From Anaeromyxobacteraceae bacterium (GTDB taxonomy: Bacteria > Myxococcota > Myxococcia > Myxococcales > Anaeromyxobacteraceae), in the NCBI GenBank assembly GCA_032654565.1, contig JAULAX010000015.1, positions 192,001 to 256,000 on the forward strand: a stretch of 64,000 bases of DNA. Direction: 5' to 3'. The first letter of the stretch is position 1, and each line of letters begins with the position of its first letter. The translations under genes and the position numbers were made by a program. Of the stretch, positions 9,335-18,658 are shown one piece after another. Below the pieces are notes generated by a model, which was not told the origin of the DNA, made no database searches, and saw nothing but the letters and a program-made list of their open reading frames with translations.

Positions 9335-9491
9335 CGTCGCCCTCCCCGCCGCCGTCATCCGCGTCGGGGCAACCTACCGTCGCGGGGCGGGGCGGGCAAG
9401 AAGACGGTCGGCCGGGCGCCGGTGAGGCGCGGTCGCCTGCCACGCCGGGCGGTCCGGCGCTCGCCGCGGTGGCCCGCCGTGGGTGGGCGTC

Positions 9492-10688
9492 CTACGGCCG
9501 GGCCAGCAGCAGCGCCACGCCCTGCCCGCCGCCGATGCAGGCCGAGCCCAGGGCCGCCCGCCCGCCTCGCCGCTTCAGCTCGTGGCAGAGGTGGGCGGTG
9601 ATGCGGGCGCCGCTGGCCGCCAGCGGGTGGCCGAGCGCGATGGCGCCGCCGTCCACGTTGGTCAGGTCGCGCGGCAGCCCCAGCGACCGCTCCACCGCCA
9701 GGTACTGCGGGGCGAAGGCCTCGTTCACCTCGAAGAGGTCGAAGTCGCTCAAGGCCGCCCCGGCCCGCGCCAGGGCGTTCTTCACCGCCGGCACCGGCCC
9801 CAGCCCCATGCGCCCCGGCTCGACGCCGGCGTGCCCCCAGTTGACCAGGCGGGCCAGCGGCGCCAGCCCCTTCTTCTCCGCCCAGGCCCGGCTGGCCACC
9901 ACCAGCGCCGCCGCCCCGTCGGCGATGCCGCTGGCGGCGCCGGCGTGGATGACCCCGTCCTTCTTGAAGATGCGGGGCAGCCTGGCCAGCCCCTCCAGCG
10001 TGGTCTCGGGGCGCGGCGGCTCGTCCTGCTCGACCCGCACCGGCCCCTTCTTCCCCTCCAGCGTCACCGGGGCCAGCTCGGCGGCGAAGCGCCCGGCCGC
10101 CTGGGCCGCCCCCCAGCGCCGCTGCGAGAGCACGGCGAACTCGTCGACCTCGGCCTGGGTGAGGCCGTGGTCCACCGCCAGCTGCTCGGCGGTGAGCGCC
10201 ATGGGGAGGCCGACGTAGGAGTCGGTGAGCGCGCTCCAGAGCGAGTCCTCCACCGGCGGCGGCTTGCCGAACGGGTACCCCCAGCGGGCGTCGCGCAGCA
10301 CCAGCGGCGCCTGGCTCATCGACTCGGTCCCGCCGGCCAGCACCACCTCGGCCTGGCCGGTGAGGATGAACATGGCCGCCTGGATCACCGCCTCGAAGCC
10401 GGAGCCGCAGAGCCGGTTGACGGTGAGCGCCGGGACCGCCTCCGGGACCCCGGCGCGCAGGCCGACGTGGCGGGCCAGGTAGATGGCGTCGGCCGAGGTC
10501 TGCAGCACGTTGCCGAAGATGACGTGGCCGACGTCGGCCGGGGCCACCCCGGCCGCGGCCAGCGCCGCCTTCGAGGCGTGGACGGCGAGGTCGGTGGCGG
10601 AGAGCGACTTCAAGGCGCCGCCGAAGGCCCCGAAGGGCGTCCGGGTGGCGGAGAGGATGACCAGCTCGACGGGACCGGCGCTCTTCAT
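9492..10688 (-). CDS. Acetyl-CoA C-acyltransferase (thiolase)
   Basis: RTPFG, NRLCGSG, GGTESMS, EVNEAFA, GGAIALGHPLAASG, SACIGGGQG. Confidence 0.95.
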   Translation of the reverse strand: MKSAGPVELVILSATRTPFGAFGGALKSLSATDLAVHASKAALAAAGVAPADVGHVIFGNVLQTSADAIYLARHVGLRAGVPEAVPALTVNRLCGSGFEAVIQAAMFILTGQAEVVLAGGTESMSQAPLVLRDARWGYPFGKPPPVEDSLWSALTDSYVGLPMALTAEQLAVDHGLTQAEVDEFAVLSQRRWGAAQAAGRFAAELAPVTLEGKKGPVRVEQDEPPRPETTLEGLARLPRIFKKDGVIHAGAASGIADGAAALVVASRAWAEKKGLAPLARLVNWGHAGVEPGRMGLGPVPAVKNALARAGAALSDFDLFEVNEAFAPQYLAVERSLGLPRDLTNVDGGAIALGHPLAASGARITAHLCHELKRRGGRAALGSACIGGGQGVALLLARP

Positions 10689-10714
10689 GGCGTGCTCCCC
10701 CTTGGTGGTGGCGT

Positions 10715-10870
10715 TCAGCGTCCCAGCAACCCCTTCACGGCGAAGCCAAGCACCGCCACCGCCAGCAGGCAGGTGAGCAGGGCGACCGGCTGGAGCCGGC
10801 GCGCCGCCGGGGCGTGGCGCACCAGCATGAGCAGGGCGAAGGCGACGGCGAGGCCGTGGAAGACCGGCAT
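10715..10870 (-). CDS. Putative 51-aa two-helix membrane peptide (absent from the ORF track)
   Basis: MPVFHGLAVAFALLMLVRHAPAARRLQPVALLTCLLAVAVLGFAVKGLLGR*; fills the gap between tatC and the thiolase. Confidence 0.55.
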   Translation of the reverse strand: MPVFHGLAVAFALLMLVRHAPAARRLQPVALLTCLLAVAVLGFAVKGLLGR

Positions 10871-10874
10871 GCGA

Positions 10875-11696
10875 TCACGCGGCGGGGGCGGCGTCGGCCG
10901 GCGTCTTCTTGCCGAGGATGCGGGCCAGCACGATGCCCACCTCGTAGAAGAGGCACATGGGCACCGCCATCAGCGCCAGGTTGAGCGGGTCGCCGGTGGG
11001 GGTGATGACGGCCGCCAGCAGGGTGTTCACGATGATGGCGTGGCGCCGGTACTTGACCAGGAACTCCACCGAGACCAGCCCGACCATGGCCAGGAAGGCG
11101 ATGATGACCGGGACCTCGAAGACCACGCCGAAGCCGAGCAGCATGGCCATCACCAGCCCCAGCTGCTCGCTGATGGAGAGCATGGGGACCATGGTGGCGT
11201 CGCTGGCGATGGCCAGCATGGCCGGGAAGGCCGCCGGCATCACCAGCTTGAAGCAGAACCAGGCGCCGCCGTAGAAGAGCAGCGTGCCCCAGAAGAGGAA
11301 GGGGATCACCACCTTCTTCTCCTTCTTGTAGAGCCCCGGGGCGATGAACTGCCACACCTGGTACAGGATCCAGGGCGCCGCCACGAAGACGCCGCCGTAG
11401 ATGGCCACCTTGATGTAGACCATCATCGGCTCGATGGCGCTGGTGTAGACCAGCTTCTGGGCCCCCGCCGGCAGCGCCAGCCGGACCGGCGCCATCAGCT
11501 GGTCCACCAGCCACTCCACGAACGACCCCACCGCCACCATGCCGGCCAGCAGGCCGTAGAGCGAGAGCAGGAGGCGCTTGCGCAGCTCGCGCAGGTGATC
11601 CCAGAAGGTGAGCTTGGACTCCGCCCCGGGCTTGACCTCGGCGGGCGCGGGAGGCGCGGGCGCTGGGGGGGCGGGCGCTGCGGCCGGCTCGGTCAC
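10875..11696 (-). CDS. tatC: Twin-arginine translocase TatC
   Basis: HLRELRKRL, YQVWQFIAPGLY..EK, FGVVFEVP, AAVITPTGDP, P...FYEVGI. Confidence 0.95.
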   Translation of the reverse strand: MTEPAAAPAPPAPAPPAPAEVKPGAESKLTFWDHLRELRKRLLLSLYGLLAGMVAVGSFVEWLVDQLMAPVRLALPAGAQKLVYTSAIEPMMVYIKVAIYGGVFVAAPWILYQVWQFIAPGLYKKEKKVVIPFLFWGTLLFYGGAWFCFKLVMPAAFPAMLAIASDATMVPMLSISEQLGLVMAMLLGFGVVFEVPVIIAFLAMVGLVSVEFLVKYRRHAIIVNTLLAAVITPTGDPLNLALMAVPMCLFYEVGIVLARILGKKTPADAAPAA

Positions 11697-12133
11697 GCCG
11701 GCCTCCCCGGGTCGGCGGGCGGTGGCGGGGCGGACGGCGTCGGTCCCGAGGCGGCCGGAGGCTGGGGAGGAGCCGCTGGCGGCTGCGGCGCAGAGAGCGG
11801 ATCGACCAGCGCGGCGTCCAGGCCGGGGACGTTGTCGACGGTGGCCGCGGGCGGCGGGCCGGAGGTGCGGGCCGCGGCGGCGGCGGCCACGGCCGGGACC
11901 GCGGGCGCGGTGGCCGGCGCCGGCGCCTCGTCCCCGTCGATGGCCTTCTTGACCGCCTTCTCCACCGAGTACATCTCGGTCTCGAGCTGGCCCTTCAGCC
12001 CGTCGGTGGCCTTCTTCAGGTCCTGCAGCGTCTTGCCCAGCATCTTGGCCGCCTCGGGCAGCTTGTCCGGGCCGAGCAGGACCAGCGCCAGGATGGCGAC
12101 GATGACGATCTCTCCGAAGCCGAGGCCGAACAT
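11693..12133 (-). CDS. tatB: Twin-arginine translocase TatB (TatA/B family)
   Basis: MFGLGFGEIVIVAILALVLLGPDKLPEAAK.LGK; overlaps tatC. Confidence 0.88.
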   Translation of the reverse strand: MFGLGFGEIVIVAILALVLLGPDKLPEAAKMLGKTLQDLKKATDGLKGQLETEMYSVEKAVKKAIDGDEAPAPATAPAVPAVAAAAAARTSGPPPAATVDNVPGLDAALVDPLSAPQPPAAPPQPPAASGPTPSAPPPPADPGRPA

Positions 12134-12183
12134 GCGGTGCGGTCTATAACACGGGGGGCGGGGGCGGGCCGGCGGTCGGGGCC

Positions 12184-14271
12184 CTAGAGGCGGAACCGCC
12201 GCACCTCGCCGCGCAGCACCTCGGCCTGGGCGGCCAGGTCGGCGATGGCCAGCTCCAGGTCGTGGGCCGAGAGGTTCTGCGCCTCGGCCACCTGCTTGAT
12301 CTGCACCACCGCGCCCATCACCTGCTCCGAGCCGCGGGTCTGCTCCTTCTGGGCCCGGTTGAGGTGGTGGACCATGTCGCTGATCGACTCGATGGCCTTG
12401 GTGATCTGCTTGGAGCCGCGGGCCTGCTCCTGCGAGGAGCGCTCCACGTGCTTGGTGATCGACTTCATCTTCTCGGCGCTCTTCATGATCTGCTCGGAGC
12501 CGCGGGCCTGCTCGGCGGTGGCGGTGGCGATCTGCTGCACCGTCTCGGCGATGCGGATGATGGAGACGGTCACCTGCTTGGAGCCGCGCGCCTGCTCGAT
12601 GGTGGCCCGGGCGATGGCCCGCACCATGTGGGTGGCCTGGTGCGAGGAGGCCTCGATCTTCTTGAGCGCGGTCTCGGTCTCCTGGCCGAGCCGCACCCCC
12701 TCCTCGACGTTGCGGACGCCGCGGTCCATGGCGGTGACCGCCGCCTTGGACTGCTCCTGCACCGCCCGGATCAGCTCGGAGATCTCCTTGGTGGAGGCGC
12801 CGGTCCGCTCGGCCAGGTCCTTGATCTCGTCGGCCACCACCGCGAAGCCCTTGCCGTGCTCGCCCGACTGGGCGGCGAGGATGGCGGCGTTGAGGGCCAG
12901 CAGGTTGGTCTGCTCGGCGACGTCGTCGATGACGTTGAGGATGTTGTCGATGGCCGAGATCTTGCGCCCCAGCGCCTCGATCACGCTGGCCGCCTCCTTC
13001 GACGACTCCTTGATCTTGTCGATGCCGGTCAGGGTGCGGGAGAGCGCCTCGGCCCCCATCTCGGCGTCGCGCTGGGCCTGCTCGGAGAGCCGGGCGGTCT
13101 CGTTGGCGTTGGTCTCCACCTGGGAGATGGAGACGTCCATCTCGTTCATCGAGGAGCTGGTCTGCTCGGTGGTGGCGGAGAGGTCCTCGATGTTCTTGGC
13201 CACCTCCTTGATCGAGTAGGTCATCTGCTCGATGGCGGCGGTGGTCTCCTGCACCGAGGCGGCCAGGGCCTGGATGTTCTCGGCCACCACGTCGTTGGTG
13301 GCGGCCATCTCCAGGATCGACGACGACGACTCCTCGGCGCTGCCGGCCAGCACCTCGACGTTGTCGGCGATCCCCTTGAGGCTGGCGATCATCTGGCCCA
13401 TCGAGGCCGAGGTCTCCACGGCCCGCTCCGAGACGGTGCCGGCGCCGGCCGAGACCGCCGCCCCGGTGCGGCCGATGCGGTCGATGACCTCGGCGATCCC
13501 CCCGGTGACGGTCTGCACCCGGCCCAGGGTGCCGGCCAGGTTCTCGCCGATGCGGTTGAGCGACTCGGCCAGCGTCCCCAGCTCGTCCTCGCCCCCCTTG
13601 GCGGCGCGGGCGGTCAGGTCGGAGTCGCTCATGCGCCGGGCCACCGCGCTCATCTGGTCGAGCGGGGCCAGCACCAGCCGGGCGGTGAAGAGGTAGACCA
13701 GCGTGGCCAGCAGCAGGCCGCCCGCCCCCAGCAGCCCCAGCACCAGCCGGCGCACCTCGCCCAGCTGCTGGTTGAGCCGGGTGGGGGTGAGCCCGAGCAG
13801 CACGTGGCCCACCAGCTTCTCTTCGTGGGAGCCGTCGGCGCGCAGCTGCGAGACGGTCACCGGCGCGGTGAAGCGCAGCAGCCCGCCCCCGCGGAAGGCG
13901 CTGGCCATCCCGGCGGCGGCGTGTGTGCGCAGCACCTCCTCGGCGTCGTCGCCCAGCCCCTGCCCGAACCGTTTGGCGGCGATGGTCAGGTCGGTGCGGA
14001 CCACCACCGCGTAGGCGTCCTGGCTCTCGTCGAAGCGCTCGTCGAGGCGGGGGGCGATGCGGGCCTGGCCGCCGGCCCCCAGCCCGACCGAGAGCTCGCT
14101 GGCCAGCACCCGGGCGTCGCCCTCGCCGCGGCGCAGCAGCGACTCCTCGAGCGCCCCCAGCACCACCCGGTTGATGCTCCAGGCGGTGAAGCCGCCGGCC
14201 AGGGCCACCGCCACGCCGATGGCGAGCAGCAGGGTCCGCTTCACGCCGAGGCGGGCGAGGACGTTCAGCAT
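12184..14271 (-). CDS. Methyl-accepting chemotaxis protein (2 TM, HAMP, long signalling domain)
   Basis: DELGTLAESLN HAMP; IDDVAEQTNLLALNAAILAAQSGEHGKGFAVVADEIKDLAERT hairpin tip; repeated EQARGS methylation heptads. Confidence 0.95.
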   Translation of the reverse strand: MLNVLARLGVKRTLLLAIGVAVALAGGFTAWSINRVVLGALEESLLRRGEGDARVLASELSVGLGAGGQARIAPRLDERFDESQDAYAVVVRTDLTIAAKRFGQGLGDDAEEVLRTHAAAGMASAFRGGGLLRFTAPVTVSQLRADGSHEEKLVGHVLLGLTPTRLNQQLGEVRRLVLGLLGAGGLLLATLVYLFTARLVLAPLDQMSAVARRMSDSDLTARAAKGGEDELGTLAESLNRIGENLAGTLGRVQTVTGGIAEVIDRIGRTGAAVSAGAGTVSERAVETSASMGQMIASLKGIADNVEVLAGSAEESSSSILEMAATNDVVAENIQALAASVQETTAAIEQMTYSIKEVAKNIEDLSATTEQTSSSMNEMDVSISQVETNANETARLSEQAQRDAEMGAEALSRTLTGIDKIKESSKEAASVIEALGRKISAIDNILNVIDDVAEQTNLLALNAAILAAQSGEHGKGFAVVADEIKDLAERTGASTKEISELIRAVQEQSKAAVTAMDRGVRNVEEGVRLGQETETALKKIEASSHQATHMVRAIARATIEQARGSKQVTVSIIRIAETVQQIATATAEQARGSEQIMKSAEKMKSITKHVERSSQEQARGSKQITKAIESISDMVHHLNRAQKEQTRGSEQVMGAVVQIKQVAEAQNLSAHDLELAIADLAAQAEVLRGEVRRFRL

Positions 14272-14307
14272 GGGGTGGGGCGAGCCTAGCACGCCCGCCC
14301 CCGCCGC

Positions 14308-16872
14308 TTACTGCATGAAGAGGTCCTGCACCTCGACCGGCTTGGGGGCCTCGGCGGCCTCGGCGGACGGCTCGGTCCCGGGCCGGAACGGCTCGTCGAC
14401 GCCGGGCGCCCCCTCGGCCACCGGCTTGCCGGTCTCCGGGTCGATGCGGACCATGACGATCTCCTCCGGCGCCTCGAACTCCGGCTGGGGCCGGTCGCGC
14501 AGCGCCGCCGACATGTAGTCGAGCCAGATGGGGAGCGAGGCCCGGCCGCCGGTCTCGCCGCGCCCCAGCGGCGTGACGTTGAGGTCGTAGCCGAGCCAGA
14601 CCCCGCAGGCGAGATCGCGGGTGAACCCCATGAACCAGGTGTCGAAGGAGTCGTTGGTGGTGCCGGTCTTGCCGGCGGCCGGCTTGCCCAGCGCCCGGGC
14701 CCCGGCGCCGGTGCCCACCGTGGCCACCTCGCGGAGCAGGTGGACCAGCACGTAGGCGGTGGTCGCCTCCATGGCCCGGGCCCGTGGGCGCTTCACCTCG
14801 GCCACCGCCGCGCCCAGCCGCGCCGAGAGCGGCACCCAGGCGTCGCGCGGCTGCGAGCGATCCTCCAGGGTGCGCCCCTCGCGGTCGAGCACCCGCTTCA
14901 CCATGGTGACCGGCCGCTTCTCGCCGAGGCGGGCGAAGGTGGCGTAGACGCCGGTCAGCTCCCAGAGCGAGACGCAGGAGGAGCCGAGCGCGCTCCCCAG
15001 CTCCTTCTTCACCGGCGTGGTCAGGCCGAGCTGGGCCGCCCAGGTGCCGAGGAAGTCGGCGCCCAGCGCGGTGGAGAGGGCCTCGGCGGTCTTCACCGCC
15101 GGGATGTTCATGGAGTTGACCAGCGCGGTGCGCAGGGTGACGTCGCCCTTGAAGTCCTGGCCGAAGTTCTGCGGCTTCCAGGCGTTGTCGTCGTCGCGGA
15201 AGACGATGGGGGCGTCGGAGAGGATGGTGGCCGGCGACCAGTCGAGCTTCTCGATGGCCGCCGAGTAGACCACCGGCTTGAAGGCCGAGCCGGGCTGCCG
15301 GCAGGCCTGGAAGGCGCGGTTGAACTCGGAGGCCTCGAAGTCGTAGCCGCCCACCTGGGCCACCGCCTCGCCGGTGTGCGGATCGATGGAGACCAGCGCC
15401 CCCTGCAGCTTCGGCTCCTGCTCCAGCGCCAGCAGCAGCTCGGCCTCGGGCAGCTCGCGGACCTTCTCCGGCTCCTTGCCCTCGCGCTCCACCAGCTCCT
15501 TGCGGTCGACGCGGCGCACCAGCACCACGTCGCCGGCCTTGAGCACCCCGCTCACCCGCTTGAGCTGCCCCTCGCTGAAGTGGACCTCGGGGTTGGGCTT
15601 GCGGGCCCAGCGCATCCCCGCCAGCGGCAGCACCCCGCGCTGCCCGCCCACCTGCACCGCGGCCTGCTTCTCGGCCACCTGCTCGACGATCCCCACCGCG
15701 TAGTCGTTGGTCCCGAGCGCCCCGGCCGGCCAGGCCTTCTCCAGCCGGGCCTGCAGCGCCTGGCGCGCCGCCCCCTCGACGTGGTCGACCGGCCCGTGGA
15801 ACCCCTGCCGGTGGTCCACCTCCATGAGCCCCTTGAGCATGGCGGCCTGGGCGCCGCGCTGCTTCTCCAGGTCCATGGCCATCTCCACCCGCAGCCCGTC
15901 CTGCAGCAGCCGCTGGTTGCCGTAGCGCTCCACCACCTGGCGGCGCACCTGCTCCACGTAGAACGGGGCGGTCTCGCGGAAGACGTCGTCGAGGCCGAAG
16001 ACCTTGACCTCCTGGGCCTCGGCGGCGGCCCGCTCCTCGGCGGTGATGAACCGCTCCTCGAACATGCGGCGCAGCACGTAGCGGCGCCGGTCGCGCGCCG
16101 ACTCGGGGTGGGCGAAGGGGGAGTAGCGGCTGGGGGCCTGGGGCAGGCCGGCCAGCAGCGCCGCCTCGGCCAGGGTCAGCTCCTCGACGTTCTTGCGGTA
16201 GTAGTTCTCGGCCGCCGACTGCACCCCGTAGCTGTGGTGGCCGAGGTAGACGCCGTTCAGGTAGAGCCAGAGGATCTGCTCCTTGGTGAAGCGGCGCTCC
16301 AGCTGGGCGGCCAGGATCAGCTCGCGGATCTTGCGGCGCAGGTTGCGCCGGGTCCCTTCCTCGAACCCCTCGGCCGAGACCAGGATGGCCTTGGCGGTCT
16401 GCTGGGTCAGGGTGGAGCCGCCCTTGACGCCGCGGCGCAGCACGTAGGTGGTGAAGCCGGCCCGCAGCGTGCCGCGCCAGTCGACGCCGGCGTGGTCGAA
16501 GAAGCGCTGGTCCTCGGAGGCGATGAAGGCCTGCACCAGCGCCCGGGGGATGCGCGGGTAGGCCACCACCTTGCGCCGCTCGGCGAAGAACTCGCCGGCG
16601 ATCTGGCCGTCGGCGCTGATGGTCTCGGTGATGATGGGCGGCCGGTAGCCCTCGATGGAGGGGAGCTCGGGCAGCCCCTTGGCGAAGTGGAGCCAGAGCC
16701 CCACCGCCAGCGCCACCCCCAGGTTGAAGAGCACGACGGCGGCGAAGAGCGACCAGCGCAGCGCCGTCCGCCAGGCCGGCCCCGGCGGCGGCAGGCCGGT
16801 CAGCACCAGCCGCGGCGTGGCGGCGGGCCCGTCGGGAGGCGGCGCGGCGCCCGGGGCGTTCGGCTCCATCAT
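14308..16872 (-). CDS. mrcA: Class A penicillin-binding protein PBP1A
   Basis: EDQRFFDHAG, GGSTLTQQ, RKIRE, YLN.VY.G transglycosylase motifs; SAFK, SMN, KTG transpeptidase motifs. Confidence 0.92.
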   Translation of the reverse strand: MMEPNAPGAAPPPDGPAATPRLVLTGLPPPGPAWRTALRWSLFAAVVLFNLGVALAVGLWLHFAKGLPELPSIEGYRPPIITETISADGQIAGEFFAERRKVVAYPRIPRALVQAFIASEDQRFFDHAGVDWRGTLRAGFTTYVLRRGVKGGSTLTQQTAKAILVSAEGFEEGTRRNLRRKIRELILAAQLERRFTKEQILWLYLNGVYLGHHSYGVQSAAENYYRKNVEELTLAEAALLAGLPQAPSRYSPFAHPESARDRRRYVLRRMFEERFITAEERAAAEAQEVKVFGLDDVFRETAPFYVEQVRRQVVERYGNQRLLQDGLRVEMAMDLEKQRGAQAAMLKGLMEVDHRQGFHGPVDHVEGAARQALQARLEKAWPAGALGTNDYAVGIVEQVAEKQAAVQVGGQRGVLPLAGMRWARKPNPEVHFSEGQLKRVSGVLKAGDVVLVRRVDRKELVEREGKEPEKVRELPEAELLLALEQEPKLQGALVSIDPHTGEAVAQVGGYDFEASEFNRAFQACRQPGSAFKPVVYSAAIEKLDWSPATILSDAPIVFRDDDNAWKPQNFGQDFKGDVTLRTALVNSMNIPAVKTAEALSTALGADFLGTWAAQLGLTTPVKKELGSALGSSCVSLWELTGVYATFARLGEKRPVTMVKRVLDREGRTLEDRSQPRDAWVPLSARLGAAVAEVKRPRARAMEATTAYVLVHLLREVATVGTGAGARALGKPAAGKTGTTNDSFDTWFMGFTRDLACGVWLGYDLNVTPLGRGETGGRASLPIWLDYMSAALRDRPQPEFEAPEEIVMVRIDPETGKPVAEGAPGVDEPFRPGTEPSAEAAEAPKPVEVQDLFMQ

Positions 16873-16887
16873 GGGGAAGGCCCGACC

Positions 16888-17916
16888 TTACTTGCGGCGC
16901 GGGCCGCTTTCAACGCCGGCCGGCCGGGCCGGCGCGCTGCCCGGCGGCGCCGGCACGTTGAGCGCCTTCAAGGCCTCCAGCAGCTCGGGCGGCAGCGGCG
17001 CCTCCAGCCGGAGCAGCTCGCCGGTGATCGGGTGGGGCAGCTCCAGCTTCCAGGCGTGCAGGAACATGCGGCGCAGGTTCCAGCGGGTGCGGGCGGCCCG
17101 GTTGAAGTTGAAGTCGCCGTAGCGCGGGTCGCCGGCCACCGGGTGCCCGGCGGCCTGCAGGTGGCGCCGGATCTGGTGGGTGCGGCCGGTCTCGATGAGC
17201 ACCTGCAGCAGCGTCGCCTCCTTCATGGAGCCGAGCACCTTCCAGCGGGTCAGGGCCGGCTGCATGTTGACGCCGCGGACGTCCTTGGAGCGGCCGGTCT
17301 GCTCGTGCTCGGAGAGCGGCTGGTCGAAGAGGCCGCTCTGCTGCGGCATCTTCCCCTTGGCCAGCGCCAGGTACTGCTTCTTCAGGTCGGTCTTCGACTC
17401 GAAGAGCTGCCCCAGCACCACCATGGCCTGGCGGGTCTTGGCCACCAGGATGACGCCGGAGGTCTCGCGGTCGAGCCGGTGGGCCGGCGAGGGCTTGAAC
17501 TCGCCGCTGGGCAGCTTGGTGGGCACCTTGAGGTAGTCGCGCACCAGCTCCACCAGCGTGGCCCCGCCGATGCCGGTGCCGGGGTGGGCGGCCAGCCCGG
17601 CCGGCTTGTTGACCACCAGCAGGTGGTCGTCCTCCAGCAGCACCTCCAGCCGGATCCCGCCGCTGCCGCGCACCCGGGGGGCGCTGCCGGGGGCCGGCTC
17701 GGCCAGCAGCTTCTGCTCGTCGCCCCAGATCTCGATCTTGTCGGCCGCCGCCAGCAGCTGCTCGGGGCGCCCGCGCACCCCGTTCACCTTCACCTTGCGG
17801 GTGCGGAACATCTTGTAGACGTGGCTGAGGGGGACGCCCTTCAAGGCCTTGCGGACGTACTTGTCGAGACGCTGTCCCTCGGCGTCGGCGCTGGCGGTGA
17901 GCTCGATCATGGGCAC
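16888..17916 (-). CDS. RluA-family (RluC-like) pseudouridine synthase with S4 domain
   Basis: QRLDKYVRK S4, NKPAGL, HRLDRETSG, TGRTHQIRRH, GD.RYG, LHA. Confidence 0.93.
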   Translation of the reverse strand: MPMIELTASADAEGQRLDKYVRKALKGVPLSHVYKMFRTRKVKVNGVRGRPEQLLAAADKIEIWGDEQKLLAEPAPGSAPRVRGSGGIRLEVLLEDDHLLVVNKPAGLAAHPGTGIGGATLVELVRDYLKVPTKLPSGEFKPSPAHRLDRETSGVILVAKTRQAMVVLGQLFESKTDLKKQYLALAKGKMPQQSGLFDQPLSEHEQTGRSKDVRGVNMQPALTRWKVLGSMKEATLLQVLIETGRTHQIRRHLQAAGHPVAGDPRYGDFNFNRAARTRWNLRRMFLHAWKLELPHPITGELLRLEAPLPPELLEALKALNVPAPPGSAPARPAGVESGPRRK

Positions 17917-17945
17917 CTTGTACTACGAGCCGCCGCGATCCCGGC

Positions 17946-18281
17946 TCAGCCGCGCCGTGGCCAGCGGTAGCGGCTCTGGCCACCGATGCGCAGGTTGAGG
18001 AGCAGGATCGGCTCGGAGGCCTCCGGTGGTACCCAATACAGGACCAGGAACTCGCGCGCTCCGGCGTCGAGCAGGTACTCCCGGACCGTGATGGTCCTGC
18101 CAGCGACCTTCCGGCGCCTGGCCGGTGCCATGGCCTCGAACCGGGCCAGGTTCTCGAGCATCGCCCCGTGGCGCTCCGCCAGCCTGGCGAGCAGCCGGAC
18201 GGCGCCCCGGGAGGCGTACTCGTCGACGAAGGCCCGCAGCTGGCGGGTGTAGTGCGGTGTGGGGAGGACCGGCTGCTTCAC
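17946..18281 (-). CDS. Putative RelE/ParE-fold toxin (111 aa, GTG start)
   Basis: VKQPVLPTPHYTRQLRAF...LENLARFEAM...VREYLL...FLVLYWV...ILLLNLR; start overlaps the upstream stop (GTGA). Confidence 0.6.
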   Translation of the reverse strand: MKQPVLPTPHYTRQLRAFVDEYASRGAVRLLARLAERHGAMLENLARFEAMAPARRRKVAGRTITVREYLLDAGAREFLVLYWVPPEASEPILLLNLRIGGQSRYRWPRRG

Positions 18282-18556
18282 CGCTTCCGTCGCCTCGCCG
18301 CCGCACCGGCCTTGGCGATGCCAGCCTTGAAGATGGCCTCCAGCTCCTCGACCTTTCCCGCCTGGCCATCGAGCTGGTAGGCCTCCCAGGCCGCGAAGGC
18401 CTCGGCCTCGAACCTGGCGTCGGCCTCGGCCTCCTCCAGCGCCGGAGTCCCGATGGCCTCCAGGACAGCGGCCATGGGCCGACCGGTCTGCCTGGCGACG
18501 CGCTCCAGCGTCCGCGCGAAGGTCTCGCTCACCCTGACGTTCAGCTGTCGGCTCAT
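18278..18556 (-). CDS. Putative ribbon-helix-helix (CopG-like) antitoxin (92 aa)
   Basis: MSRQLNVRVSETFARTLERVARQTGRPMAAVL RHH pattern; acidic C-terminal half; GGAG RBS. Confidence 0.65.
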   Translation of the reverse strand: MSRQLNVRVSETFARTLERVARQTGRPMAAVLEAIGTPALEEAEADARFEAEAFAAWEAYQLDGQAGKVEELEAIFKAGIAKAGAAARRRKR

Positions 18557-18570
18557 GGTCGGCGCCTCTC

Positions 18571-18586
18571 CTAGCACAAGCTAGCA
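18571..18586 (-). promoter_or_regulatory. Candidate autoregulatory operator of the TA pair
   Basis: CTAGCA at 18571-18576 and 18581-18586 (10-bp period), next to the RBS. Confidence 0.45.
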
Positions 18587-18658
18587 AGCGATAGTTCCGC
18601 GGTCAACCCACCGGTGACACCGGGGCGGCGCCGCCGCGGAGACCACCGGCGCCCCTCC

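Noticed and set aside
12184..13400. Repeated EQARGS segments in the MCP
   Set aside because: Normal methylation-helix heptad repeats of long chemoreceptors.
17946..18587. 213-aa ORF as a single gene
   Set aside because: Its N-terminal half is an off-frame read of the antitoxin; the real ORF most likely starts at GTG 18281.
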